A DNA stretch of 64,000 bases from Azolla caroliniana (Eukaryota > Plantae > Polypodiophyta), in assembly GCA_043228905.1 (NCBI GenBank), contig JBHGNT010000010.1:18166001-18230000 (forward strand), in the 5' to 3' direction. The position numbers and the translations under genes were made by a program. The notes below the pieces were generated by a model. The model did not search any database. It was not told the origin of the DNA and worked only from the letters and a program-made list of their open reading frames with translations. Positions 21,117 to 33,600 of this stretch are shown piece by piece (position 1 is the stretch's first letter; every line of letters begins with the position of its first letter).

Positions 21117-23612
21117 ACGTGTTCACCCTCACTGAAATCCAGGCCTTGTCCACTACCTTCCACTATGTGTCACATCAGAACACAACCACGACCCTGCGTA
21201 CCCGCAACTGCACAACCACGTCAATCTTGCGTGACCAACGGAACCCGCCAGCCCCGCCCCCCCCCACCTTGCCAACCCCTCTACCCCTCTACCCCCCTAC
21301 CCCTCTACCCCGAGAACCCTCACCCTCCACCCCGGCCGCAACTACCCAACCCTTCCCGCCCACAACCACTGACGACACCCCGCAACCTCGACCCCATAAA
21401 CTCGCCTACCACAATATTCCCAACACCGAAACCCCCGATCGGCCATCACCCGCAACCCCAGTTGTCCCCTGTCAACCCACCATCGCTCTCGCCCAGATGA
21501 CAACCCCGCCACCACCCCACCCGACCTCCGTGCCCTGCTCTACCCCACTCACTGTAGTCATTGCCCACCCTACCCCCTCCCTCGCCATCCCCCCCAAACC
21601 CTTAACCGACATGGTGGCCAACCTCCTCAAGATGACTGCTGTCGTGAACTGTCACCTACTTCAAGTTCATGCACAGGCCCAACAAACCGCCACCGACCAA
21701 CACGAGACCTCTACACGGAACGAGATCTTGGCCGCCGAGGTACGGAGCGCCCTCCATACCAACGTGTGCTAAGCGGCCGCCCATGACCTCCTCAAGCAAG
21801 AACTCCTGACGACGCAAACCCGACACCAACAACTCGCTGACGAGTTCCAACAAGCTCGAACAACCTGGCACCACGACCAAGAACGCATGGCACAAACACA
21901 TGCCGAAGTCTCGGCCGAGTACGTTCGCCTCACCACCCAACACCAACTGACCGAGTCCCGCCTCGTAGCTGTGATGACTGATCTCTCCGAACGGTCCGAG
22001 GCTCTGGCCACCGCCATGGCCACAACTTACCAACTCACGAGCGAGATCACCACCCTCAAGGCAGAACGTGATGCCATGGTCCACCAAGTCGAAGTCGCCA
22101 ATGAACGGAATCGATGTCTCCTCATCAAACACTGCCGCCAGTGCGCCGACCTCGAAAAGGACATCCTCCAACTCCGCACGTCCAAAGTCGCCCTTGAACA
22201 CGCCCTCAACCTCGGCACAATGGACCCCTCCACCGTTCAAACACCTCTCCTTACCTCAACTAGCTCTCCGAATATGATTCAGGCACTCGTGGTGTACGTG
22301 ACCTTGACATCCCTGCTCTCCGAACTTTTCACTGCACCATGTACACCGCGTAGCCTCCTCATCCAAGCCACGTGCGTCCTTCGGTCGTTGGCCGCCACGT
22401 GTCGCGTATTCTTTGACGACGCCACACCCCCAAATCGGCAGACCTTCATCCGAGTACTCCCTGAAGACAACCACGCCCTTGCCCTCTTCATGTTGTACTA
22501 GGAAACCACCGAAGACCCTTCTCCCCTAGCCGGTGACCTCTTCCCCCAACATCTCCCTATTTTGTTCCTCGAAGGTATGGCCTACCTTCACACTGCCCTC
22601 ACCCCCAACTTAGACATCTCCGACCTGATCTATTTCACCTACCCTTCTGATGTCACAATGCAAGTCATCGAAGACCAACTAGCCCACCTCTTCACAACAC
22701 TGGTGTGTTTACACCACATCGCCGACACCCTCACCCGCACCCTATTGGAGAACACTACGATCTCTGTACCCCCTTTCGGTTTCCCCTGGCTAATACGCGC
22801 TTGGCAAACCGCCTGGGACGTCGGGGTTCGTACTCACATATTCAGCATCGAATACGCCGCATTCAACTGGCCCACCGACCTTAAGGCCAACGACATACCA
22901 GAATTAGCCCTATATCTCGACGTCTCTCGCGAGTATCAACTTATGATGTTCGATGAGGCTCGTGCTCGTGCCCTCGTAGCCCCGCACCCCCCTCCCCCCC
23001 CCCGGAGATCAATCTAGAGTGGGACCACGACTCACTTGATGAACTCGACACCCAGCCGCCTCCAAGGCCCCCCCCACCCCCACCGCCTCCCCCACCTACA
23101 AGCCCATCTCCCCCCTCCCCCCCTCGCCACTCGACTCCACACCCTCACCTTAGAGAACACCACGTCCCCGACCACACACACCCCATGTTCGGTGACAACC
23201 CCTTTCGCACACCCCCCTCGGCCCACCCCCTTCCCCCCCTACCACCTAACCCTTTCCCCCTCCACACACGAGTTGTCACCCACCCCGGTCGGACATTCAC
23301 TGAGGCCATCCTCCGCAAACCTCTCCCATTCAACCACCCCCTCACCCACCTGATGCTCCACCAACAACTACCCCCCCCATCTTCACTACACCTCCTTTAC
23401 TCCACACCCTGAGCACCCGATTCAATGTTGCGGCCTTCTACATTGATTTGGTTGACTGTTACCAACTCACCCACGGCCTCCAAATCGCCCTTGATTGCAT
23501 CGAAAGCAGTACCGGTTGGGACACTCGCCTTGATAATCAATCTGCCGCCCCCATCCCCTGGGAGTTCGACTTCTGCGAGACCCCCCTACTCCTCACCCGC
23601 CTCTACACCTAT

Positions 23613-24425
23613 TGACGGGAACTGCACGCTCCGTATACGCAATGCTCGGCCACAACCAAGCTTAGAATCACACACAAAAAACGGGAAATGAAACGCACGA
23701 CACAAAGAAGAGAAGAGTACACAAGATGTTTACGTGGAAAACCCAAACTAGGGAAAAACCACGGCAGCCCACAGGCTGCAAACTATCACTATGCTAGAAT
23801 GTACAACAGTGAGTTCACCGAGGCAACGACCTCGTGCTCATGATCTTCGCCACAGGCGGCAGTTACAACAGAGGCAGCGACCTCTTCCTCTCTCTCTCTC
23901 TCTCTCTCTCTGTACACGGTTACGCACTATAATCTTGTGCAAAACAAGAATGACCACAACTTACTAAAAGTTTGCCCTAAGTCATATTTATACTAATATG
24001 ACTTTTCGGCTATTTACAAATATAGCCACGATGGACTCTCAGAAACATATTTACGAATATGTCTCTTCATCCGGTAAGCACTTCTCACCGGGTCTGCACC
24101 ATCCGGCTCTCCGTAGCCGGGTACTCCTCATCCGGTTCTCGCCGGGTCTGCACCATCCGGCTCTCCGTAGCCGGGTACTCCTCATCCGGTTCTCACCGGT
24201 TCTGCACCATCCGGCTCTCCGTAACTGGGTACTCCTCATTCGGTTCTCACCGGGTCTGCACCATCTGGCTCTCCGTAGCCGGGTACTCCTCACCCGATTC
24301 TCACCGAGTCTACACCATCTGGCTCTCAGTAGCCGGGTATTCGTCATACGGTTTCGGCCTCGGCCGAGTTTGTTCCTCAACACTATTCTTCTCCCTTCCC
24401 ATCCGGAGGGACCTGTCTCCCAACA
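23613..24425 (-). mobile_element. Solo LTR of copia family related to element I
   Basis: TG...CA, perfect TSD CCTAT (23608-23612, 24426-24430); shares GATGTTTACGTGG(A/G)AAACCC and CCCATCCGGAGGGAC blocks with LTR 42287-42843. Confidence 0.9.
24082..24351. repeat. 54-bp tandem repeat, 5 copies, inside solo LTR
   Basis: GTACTCCTCA recurs at 24121, 24175, 24229, 24283 and degenerately at 24337. Confidence 0.92.
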
Positions 24426-27400
24426 CCTATTACCCCAAGGTCGCCTCTAAACCCCAAGTCGACATCTTCCTTTACCCCCATGTTTACCGCGATAAGATGA
24501 CTACTTGGGCGGCTGCAAACCCTGCCCCCACTCGAGGATGGCACCACCCCATCACCGACCCCCTCCTCGAACCACCCGACATCCAACCCCCGTGGCGTCT
24601 CCCCTGGTTCGCACACACATCCTTCCGTGAATGGCTCGCCCTTCACCCCCCCGAGCTGCGCACCAGCCCCACCTTTTTTCCCCTCCCTCGCCGTTGGCCA
24701 TGGCATGACTTTAGAGCCGCCCAGGCACGCCTACCCACTCTTCAATTCAACTGGCTGTTGTTCCCCCGACCGAAACCGGCATGATCCGGGTCATGCGAAG
24801 ATTCCTACGTACATACCTTGACGTCCCGGACCCCAACATTCAAGCGAACCTTCACTTTCTACAACTTCTACTCATCCTCCTTGACTCTGGCCCGTACGAA
24901 GCCCCCCCTTCCAACGACACAACCACCCGGCGTGGGACCTCCGTGCTACCTAGGGAAAACATGTAACCGGAAGTTGATCGGCGATCTGATGCATCACCGG
25001 CCCAGTCGGCATCTGTGTAACCGACTAGCTCTTCGGTTATACGTTGCCGGTATAACATTCCTTGGTCCTTCGTGCCGCTTACATACCGCAGTATTCGGTG
25101 TGCGCACTGAAGATGCTCTACGGACGGCTTTTGCATGACTTGGCTAATCACACCGACCGGATAGCTGATGTCGGGTCGGGTGATGGTCAAATATATAAGG
25201 CTTCTGACAATTTGTCGAAACCGTTTCTCATTGCAGGCCGGTCCGGAGTTGGGACAGAGCTTTTGGTTCTAGTCCAGGTGTGTTGAGACAGGTTGGCATT
25301 CTGTCATGCCGAACTTGTACAACATATTCAACACATAGTGTCTTTGTGAGAGCAATATGCAGTCGGGGGTTCGGATCACCTCGATCCCAAGGAAATAGTG
25401 AAGGTCCCCCAGGTCCTTCATCTCAAATGCGTCTGACAGTTGGGACTTGACTCGACTGATTTCATCGAGTTAGGGTCCGATGATGACTAGATCATCACCA
25501 TACAACAGGATGCAAACTGGACCGTCTGGACCTTGCCAGATGAACAACGAAGAGTCGGACTTGGAGGCCGCAAACCCCATCTTATGCAATTGGTGCGTAA
25601 TCTTCACATTCCAAGCTCGAGGGGATTGCTTCAGGCCATAGTGACTTCTTCAGCTGGCATACCGCCGACTTGTTCATCTCCGACTGAAAACTGGGGGGTT
25701 GGTTCATAAAGACCTCTTCTTCAAGATCTCCTTGAAGAAATGCATTCTTCATGTCCATTTGGTGAAGATGCCACCCCCTTGTCGCAACAATCGCTAGCAC
25801 CACACGAACTGTCGTCATCTTTGCTACTGAAGCGAAGGTCTCGTCGTAGTCGATTCCGTGGGTCTACACGTATCCCTTTGCCACTAACCGGGCCTTGTAC
25901 CAATTAACCGAACCATTGACATTGTACTTTATCTTGTACACCCACTTACATCCGATCGGTTTATAGCGTCGGGGAGAGTCAATTAGGTCCCATGTGTCGT
26001 TGGCATCAAGTGCCTACATCTCTTCCTCCATAGCGGCATGCCAATGTGCGTCCTTTGCCGCTTCTACATAACTCTCCGGCTCACGCACTTCTGCCACCTT
26101 GTTCATGTACGCATAGTGATGCGCCATGTACTCATTGTACCCGTACCATATCACGGGGTTCTTTTGGCGGGAAGACTGGCGTAACTTGGTATTACCCGGT
26201 TTGGGGCCCTTCTTGGCCAGGTCGGACTTCGTTCCTGAAGATCCGCCTTCATCTTTTCCGGAGTCGGATTTGCACCGATCCGACTCAGCATTGCCGGTTT
26301 CGTATTCCGACATCTTCTTCCTCCCCTTCTCCTTACGTGTGAACCGTCTCCTCGGTTCCTTGCGCGGGGAGAGCACGGTAGAGTCTCCACTACTTGCCGG
26401 TTCCTCATCCAACTGGTCATCTCGACTCAGCCGCTCATTCAGTCCACTTAACAAATATGAGATCAGACTCTCTTCTAGAGTGCCGACGTCTTCATCTTCT
26501 AGCTGGACCGGTTCAGGCTCACTAGCCTCATCCTCCGGTATTGGGTCGGGGTTGGAAGTCGGAGCCAGTAAGGCATACCATGATGCCGTCTCATCAAACT
26601 CAACATCCCGGCTAACTCGGACCTACTTCGTCCGGGGGGTTATAACATTTATACCCCTTTTGCTCATGCGAGTAACCGACTAGGATGCATTTCTCCGACT
26701 TTGCATCCAACTTCCTCCACTTCTCATCCGGCACATGCACATATGCTATGCTGCCGAATATCCGAAGGTGTCGCAAATTCGGCTTGCGCCCGAAATACAA
26801 CTCATGCACGGACACCTTTTCACTGATCCGGTTTTGGATATAGACGGTCGTCCGAACCACCTCTGCCCAGTAGAATTTGGGCATGCTCTTCTCCTCCAGC
26901 ATGCCCTTGCCGCATTGATAAGTGACTAGTTCTTCCTCTCAGCTACACCGTTCTATTCCGGTGTGTATCCACAACTGAACTCTCGCCAAATTCCTGTTTG
27001 CTGCAATAACTGTTGAATTGGCCAGAAAAATATTCTTTTCCGCCATCCGACCGCAGGCACTTGATCTTCCTCTCCGTTTCCCGTTCAACCAGGCTTTGCA
27101 GGTTCCGGAAACACTCGAAGACTTCGCTCTTCTGCTCAATGAGGTAGATATTTGTGTGCCGGTTGTAGTCGTCGATGAAGGAGACGAAATATCGACTCCC
27201 GCCAAGACTCACGTTCTGTGCCGGTCCCCATACATCCGAATGAGTAAGGTCGAGCTTGTTACGGCTACGGTTTCGTTCGGTGGGGAATGGAAGCCGATGT
27301 TGCTTCTCGAGTTGGCAGGCTTCACATACATGGGCCTTCCGACCACTAATCTTCGGCAAACCGAAAACAACTTGTTTCGTTTGCAAGTCTTGAAGCTGTC

Positions 27401-28095
27401 GGTAATTGACATGGCCGATCCGCTTGTGCCAGAGATCAATATCCGATTCAATCTTCTGTCCTTTGGCGAACAACGTGGTGCCGACGTCATTGGTGTTGAG
27501 GATGAACATCCTCCCGTCTCTGCACCCTTGTGCAATGATTTGGCCTTCTTCCTCGATGAAGCACCCGAGGTGCGTAAACCGCACCTGTATCCCCTGGTCG
27601 ACAATCTGTCCAACCCACACTAGGTTCTTCGTGATAGTCAGAACGTGTAATACGTTCATAAGCTTCCCCCTTTGTCTGACGTGGCTCAAAGGAACTTCTC
27701 GATATGCACGATTGGGTGAGGAGTGTCGTCTCTGGTTTCGACAACTCCTGGTTGTTCCGGTTTCTCCAGGAAGGAGAACCAATCTTTGTGGCTCGTCATG
27801 TGATTCGACGCATCGGAATCAACATACCATACTACCTCCGATTTGGAAGTGGTCTTCTTCATCGAATTTGCCTCGTGCTTCATCACCAAGGTTGGCCCCT
27901 TACTGGTCTTCCCGGTTTCAGATCCTTTCGATCCTTGTGCGTAGTGTGAGCTTTGCCGGTTCTCCCAACCAGTTTTGTCGTATCCAGATCTGTCCGAATC
28001 GGCACGCTTCTTCTAGCACTCGCTTTCTCTGTGGCCCTTTTTGCCACAGTACCAACATTCCATGGTGGATTTGTCTTGCCGGCCTCCAGCGCCGT

Positions 28096-28606
28096 TGTCG
28101 TGAAGATCCGTCACTACGCGCGGATCGTGAGGCGGAACCGTCGGGGTTCTAGACCAGAAGGACTCGAAGTTGGCACTAGCTTTAGCAAGAAAGGATTTAA
28201 GTTAGATTGAGAGAGAGATTAATATTGAACTCTTGACTTTAGATTTGAAGAACAAGGTATATCATCAAAAGGATAATGAATTTTCTTCTTAATATTAATT
28301 TTGATATAAAGTACAAAGCTCTTTATAAGAATTTTTACATTACAAAAATCCCCCTTTGATCTTTTTCATCCCCTCTTTTATAGATGCCCTCATGCATTTG
28401 AGGGTTCAAGACATGCATAAAATGCATGTTTGCCATTTGGCGTTCATGTATTACATGTGGTGCATGATAATCACGTCACTCATTTTAGCTCTCATGTATG
28501 AGAATTTACATGTAAAGTTAGAATGATAAAAATATTATTTCAAGAAAATGTCTTGGCTTATTGGTAAGCCTATAGACTCTTAACTTGAAGGTGTAAGGTT
28601 CACATG

Positions 28607-28651
<45 letters not shown>

Positions 28652-30470
28652 ATCATATTTATTTATCTATTTATATATCTATCCGGTCGTCGGATACCAG
28701 ATGACGTCGGTTCACCGGATGTCGCCGGTCACTGGTTCTGTCATCGATTACCGTATTCGTCCGGTCACCGATTGCTGGCTCCATCCGGTTTCCGGTTGTA
28801 TCGTCAGCCGGTTTGAGTTTCTTCACCAACCGGTTCGGGCACTTAGTCACATCCGACGATTTAGCCATATATGTCCATCTAGACAAAAGTGGCTCAAGTC
28901 CAACTATTTATTATGTGCGCTTAACACATAGATGAATTATGATGGATCTCAATCTGCTTATATAGCTGGGCCTAAACTTTTCCTTTCTATGTGGGATATT
29001 TCAAAGTTTTATTTTTCTCTTTTCCTTTGCAAACTTCCTACCCACATAACTTGAGACTTAGATGTCCGTTTCTTATGTAGTAAGGTGCATTCGAAAGCTC
29101 TTGCAGACCTCCATCTTTTTGTACTAAGATATTAAACATATTTAAAATAGTATTTTCACTATTATTGTTTTAAATGATTCATACTTGATTTTTCATGTTT
29201 TATGCGATTTTCACACCATTGCCGAAAATCTTCATGACATCCACCCCCACCAAACCGCACGTCCTCAATGTGAGATTTCGGCAATGGTGATCAACATGAC
29301 TCCTCAACGTCGAGCATGTCTGTTTCTTTGTACTTGAATCATTGTTGCCACCCAATCCACCATATCATTCGTTTTTTCTTTGCTTTACCATGACTTGTTG
29401 TCATGGCCCCTTGCTCCCTTCTTGAGGATAATCGTTTAAGTCTCATGAATGTTCCACCTTCATCTCGGCCATGTTCTTGGTCACCTAACTTTCCTTTATC
29501 ATCATTTCTCATCTCATGCTTGCCTTTCCTTATGCTCACTAACCTCGACCGAGTGTCGCGGCTCGTCTACTTCGACCTTCGTCTAGGCCGGTTCATCTTA
29601 TGTCTGTCTCCACCAATCAACTTCTGGCTTGGTCGGCCTTCGTCCGGATTCGCATTCGGCCGAATCGGACTCAGATGATCGACTTTTGTTTGGGTCAGTT
29701 TACATCCGGTTTTCGGTTGGGTCGGCCCCGGTTGATCAACTCTCGTTCGAGTCAGCTTCCGTTCGGGTCGGAATACCAACCGCGTCATCTTCCATCCGGA
29801 TTGTATTCCGGTTCTTCCTTTCTTGCCGCTATCTGGCTCTTCATCGAACTCTATTGTAACTTTGTTTTTGGTGTCCTTTTTGGCCGTAGTTCCTCCATAT
29901 GCGCTGGCTTCGACCCTCATCTCCTCGCTGCCACCTTCCATCTCTCCGGTCTTATGTTCGCCTTTCCTTATGCTCACTAGCCTCGACCAGGTGTCGCGGC
30001 TTGTCTGCTTCGACCTCCGTCTAGGGCGGATCATCTTCTGTATGTCTCGACCAATCAGCTTCTGGCTTGGTTGGCCTTTGTCTGGATTCACATTCGGCCG
30101 AATCGGACTCAGACGATCGACTTTCGTCTGGGTTAGTTTACATCCGGTTTTCGGTTGGGTCGGCCCCGGTTGATCAACTCTCATTCGGGTCGGCTTCCGT
30201 TCGGGTCGGAATACCAACTGCATCATCTTCCATCCAGATTGTATTCTGGTTCTTCCTTTCTTGTCACTATCTGGCTCTTCATCGAACTCTATTGTAGCTT
30301 TGTTTTTGGCGTCCTTTTTGGCCGTTGTTCCTCCGTTTGCGCTGGCTTCGACCCTCATCTCCTCGCCGCCACCTTCCATCTCTCCGGTCTTATGTTCAAT
30401 CCCGGGCACAACTGCCAAAGTCTCCAGAACCGGTATGGAGGGATTCCTTTGTCTATGGCCATCCTCCAGA
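28096..30470 (-). mobile_element. 3' part of a Trp-family non-autonomous element (type 2 LTR 28096-29239) inserted in E gag, 5' part deleted
   Basis: LTR TGTCGTGAAGAT...ATCTTCATGACA followed by PPT TCCACCCCCACCAAACC; internal repeats homologous to D ORF (PSIP.LET.AV...HKTGE). Confidence 0.8.
29521..30396. repeat. 438-bp tandem duplication
   Basis: Paired ORFs offset by 438 (29629/30067; 29823/30261); duplicated 146-aa block in ORF 29567-30781. Confidence 0.88.
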
Positions 30471-30781
30471 ACCGGTGTGGTACTTGCGGTGAAAATCTTA
30501 TGCAGGTTTTCCAAGGCCTCCTTTGGCGTCTTTGCATCCCTGATGTAGTCGAGCATCTGGTCATGCACATAGGACGCGAGGCAGTATAATACTCGGCTCG
30601 CTCCTTGCTCCCACACCGGGAAGGCCTTGTGTCCAGGCTCTGGTGCTACCTGATTCGTTCCTTCCATGAAATTCCAATACCCAGGCCCCAGTTGGTACTG
30701 GTGCATTTTGTATGACCAGGACGCGTAGTTGCTCTTGTCGAGCTTCTCTGTAGGAAGTGAACTTGCCATACCTCTATCCAT
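29567..30781 (-). CDS. Chimeric ORF: copia Gag N-terminus fused in frame to gypsy-satellite repeat region
   Basis: First ~100 aa are copia Gag (…DAKTPKEALENLHKIFTASTT); the remainder matches D-type repeats (PVLE…). Confidence 0.7.
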   Translation of the reverse strand: MDRGMASSLPTEKLDKSNYASWSYKMHQYQLGPGYWNFMEGTNQVAPEPGHKAFPVWEQGASRVLYCLASYVHDQMLDYIRDAKTPKEALENLHKIFTASTTPVLEDGHRQRNPSIPVLETLAVVPGIEHKTGEMEGGGEEMRVEASANGGTTAKKDAKNKATIEFDEEPDSDKKGRTRIQSGWKMMQLVFRPERKPTRMRVDQPGPTQPKTGCKLTQTKVDRLSPIRPNVNPDKGQPSQKLIGRDIQKMIRPRRRSKQTSRDTWSRLVSIRKGEHKTGEMEGGSEEMRVEASAYGGTTAKKDTKNKVTIEFDEEPDSGKKGRTGIQSGWKMTRLVFRPERKLTRTRVDQPGPTQPKTGCKLTQTKVDHLSPIRPNANPDEGRPSQKLIGGDRHKMNRPRRRSK

Positions 30782-31332
30782 ATTTTTTCTTTTTGCCTAT
30801 TGTTCTATTCTCATAACCTATAGGGTTTGTCTTGTGAAAGCAAATGTCAGCGGCAAAGGTCTTCAACCCTCGCGCTCTAATACCATGTGAAAGCGTATGT
30901 GTGGAAGCGTAAGACAACAACTTGGCTACGTAGCAACAGAGAGAGAGAGAGAATAGTACATAGAATACAGAGAGTACTTGGAAGAGTCAGAGAGAGATAG
31001 AATGTTCAAAGTCTCTTATGAAACAATAATAGTTCTTTGTACATGAAACATGCTCAACAACACTATTTATACAAGTCTTGAGAGGACCGACAGAAGTACC
31101 GCGTACTTCAATGCTCACTCGAGCGTTTGGCACTGACTACGAGACTATTAACTCCCTAGTAGTCTAGCTGCTACTAGGCTTCCAGTTACTGATGGATCCG
31201 GCTAACCGGCTCCCCAACTCACCGACTCACTTCCGGACGCTGATCCGGCTCAGGCTTATTCAGGCGATCCGAATCCGGTTGAGCTTGCCGCTCAACACCC
31301 TCCCACAGTGCAGTCGAGAGTGTGCACTCATT

Positions 31333-31658
31333 AGGTTGGGGGGGATGTTAAGCGCTAGGATAACAACACAACCAGCCACGAATAAGAGCGCATCAACAAG
31401 GACGTAGAGGAAACAACAAGAGGAAAAGAAGCAAAGAGAGCGTAGTGTGAAAGGCCCATACCCTAAATGTGAAAGCTATATAAACCACATAGTAGTGGCT
31501 TTGTGAGGGTTCTCCCATTTGTAAATATCTCCTAAGTGATTAAGAGCTAGAAGCTTTCTCTCCTCTTTCTTGTAACCTTTAAGCTTAAGAGAGATTAGTG
31601 AAGTGTTTAGTTAGAGAACACTAATCTCTCTTCCTTGTTGGTGCTAGACCTCTTAACA
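31333..31658 (+). mobile_element. Probable PPT plus 3' LTR of an unidentified LTR element
   Basis: AGGTTGGGGGGGA followed by TGTTAAG...CTTAACA (31346-31658) with TATA-like motif; no partner LTR seen. Confidence 0.4.
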
Positions 31659-31899
31659 AAGAGGGTTAATAAATATATTCATTAATCTTGTTGTCTACAT
31701 TCATTACCCCATTGTTTATGAGAGCGAGCTTGAGAGAGTGAGAGAGATATTGTGCCTAATCATCTATTAGTTGTTAAGTGAGTGTGAGGCTCGGAGGTGC
31801 CCGACAACCATCTCCGCCCGATTCGCCATCAAGAGGGTATACGCCAGTCCGAATCCCGCCACGACATCGAGGAGCTTACTCCATCGATACATAGATCCT

Positions 31900-32559
31900 T
31901 CACAGAAGTGTGGGAAGTATTTGTTGCAAATGTTCAGAGGTTAACTAGGTATTATGGAATTCACCAAGCTTTTAGAAGGAGAAAGAAATTAAGTCTCCTA
32001 ATTAATTTGCTTGATAAATGTAATTCATTGTTAACCTATTGGCCAACAGATGCAGAGTTGATTGGATATCAAGACGTATTAATTTCTGTGATGCATGATC
32101 TTACAACAAAAAATTATCAACATGCTAGACTACATCGTCTAAGACAATAAGTGGAGGATGCTAATTGTCAATCACATAAGTTTTTTCATGGCCTTAATGA
32201 ATCACATGGATGACATAATGTGGTAAGGTTAGAGGAAAATTGTATCATGTGTTTTGATCCTCAAGAAATTGTGAAGAAATGCATAGAATATTATACACAA
32301 TTGCTGGATGTATAAGTGTGTATCGATGATAATGTTGAAAAACATAGAGATGTATTTTTTAATGGAGTAAAAAATCATGTATTGCATGATGTGGCATAAT
32401 CATTAGATGCTAATATTTCAGAGGATGAGGTGGAACATGTCATATCACATCTTGCTAATGATAAGAGTCCTAGGTAGGATGGATTAACAAATGGACTCTT
32501 TAAGAAATATGTGATTAAGTTAAATGGACCTTTTACGGTTTTATTTCAAAAGGTGTGGA
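31900..32559 (+). pseudogene. L1-type LINE ORF2 fragment (region just upstream of RT)
   Basis: IEYYTQLL...ISEDEVEHVISHLANDKSPR*DGLTNGLFKKY...LFQKVW resembles the KSPGxDG motif; many stops. Confidence 0.7.
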
Positions 32560-33600
32560 TGTAACAGACACACCAACCGCGAACTACGAGGGAGCATGGA
32601 TGACAAGGCTACTACTAATAAGATTATGAACGGAGCACATATGACGAGGCTACAACCAATAAGGATATGAACGTGGAATTGGAAGTGACGAGGTTAGGAA
32701 CTCTAGAACTTGTGAGTGATGAGACTATGAACTTAGGAAGCTAGGGTTAACTAGAGAGTAGGAAGACAAATATGAAGATGTCGCAGACAATATGGCATGA
32801 AATGAGAATACAAGATTGATGTGTCAATGACTAGTGTTGAAGTACAAGTATCTGTGAGCTGAAGTACATGCATTAGAATATTCTAGAACCCTTTAGAACC
32901 TTCTAGTTCTTGAACTTTCTAGAGGTATGTGACTAGAGAGTATTTTCTAGATCAAGTACAAAAACATGGTCATATCAAGATGTTGAGCATGACATATTGT
33001 TGACGGGAGGTTGTAGGTTCAATCCTCACCAACTATGTACTTTATGTCATTGTATTGTGACATTATCCTCCCCTTTATGGCCGCCATTTTGAAAGCATGG
33101 TGTAGGGGTGAGCTGAAAGAGAAAACCGAAGTAGATTGATGAGGGAGCGACCATGAGCAGTCCTCACTAGAAATAGGAACACGAGTAGACGTGAGCAACC
33201 ATGTTTTGTCCTCATTGGAGATTGGAACACCAACATTCATGAGTGACCATGTGCGATCCTCACTAGGAACTATAACACAAATGAGCATGAGCGACCATGA
33301 GCAATTCTCATTAGGAACAAGAATATCAACAGGCGTGAGCAACCATGTGTAGTCCTCATTGGGAACGCTAACACAAACAGGCGTGAGCGGCCATATGTGG
33401 TCCTCACTGGGAACATGAACACCAATGGGCATGAGGGACCATGTGCGGTCGTCACCGGTAACAAGAACACGAACGGATGTGAGTGAACATGTACGATCGT
33501 CATCAGGAACAAGAACACCACCATGTGTGAGCGACCATATGTGGTCCTCACTAGGAACTAGAACATCAATGGGCAAAGGAGTGCACACAAAGTAGTTGAC
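32560..33600 (-). mobile_element. 3' LTR (32560-33062), PPT and repeat-rich 3' region of a chromovirus-like element
   Basis: TG...CA ends; minus-strand PPT AAAGGGGAGGATAA resembling that of B; TTCTAGAA motifs also seen in B LTR. Confidence 0.65.
33145..33576. repeat. 48-bp tandem repeat, 9 diverged copies
   Basis: GAGCGACCAT-like unit starts at 33145, 33193, 33241, 33289, 33337, 33385, 33433, 33481, 33529. Confidence 0.9.

Larger units (their letters stand above)
14610..23017 (+). pseudogene. Unknown C-rich ORF1 (about 780 codons visible), split by a solo LTR and element D; Pro/Thr-rich linker and coiled-coil
   Basis: Segments 14612-14842, 15564-15772 and 21121-23017 join in one frame when the 4-bp TSDs are removed; two internal stops (21770, 22499) explicable by C>T. 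Confidence 0.7.
23040..24945 (+). pseudogene. Unknown C-rich ORF2, split by a copia solo LTR
   Basis: ...IALDCIESSTGWDTRLDNQSAAPIPWEFDFCETPLLLTRLYTY joins in frame to YPKVASKPQVDIFLYPHVY... after removing the LTR and one TSD copy; frameshift near 23340. Confidence 0.5.
24943..31297 (-). mobile_element. Element E: degenerate Ty1/copia, 3'-truncated in RNase H, interrupted at 28096
   Basis: 5' LTR 30886-31297; PBS TGGTATTAGAGC 30874-30885; gag TEKLDKSNY; WYVDSDAS; GAG-pre-integrase WHKRIGH; LRSDGGKEY; RT QMDMKNAFL; RH DADWAGD..DRRSTSGY. Confidence 0.9.

Noticed and set aside
31298-31310. PPT next to E's LTR implying a tandem element sharing one LTR
   Set aside because: CCCTCCC is short, the second copy of this LTR (35435) has a different flank, and no copia coding sequence follows.
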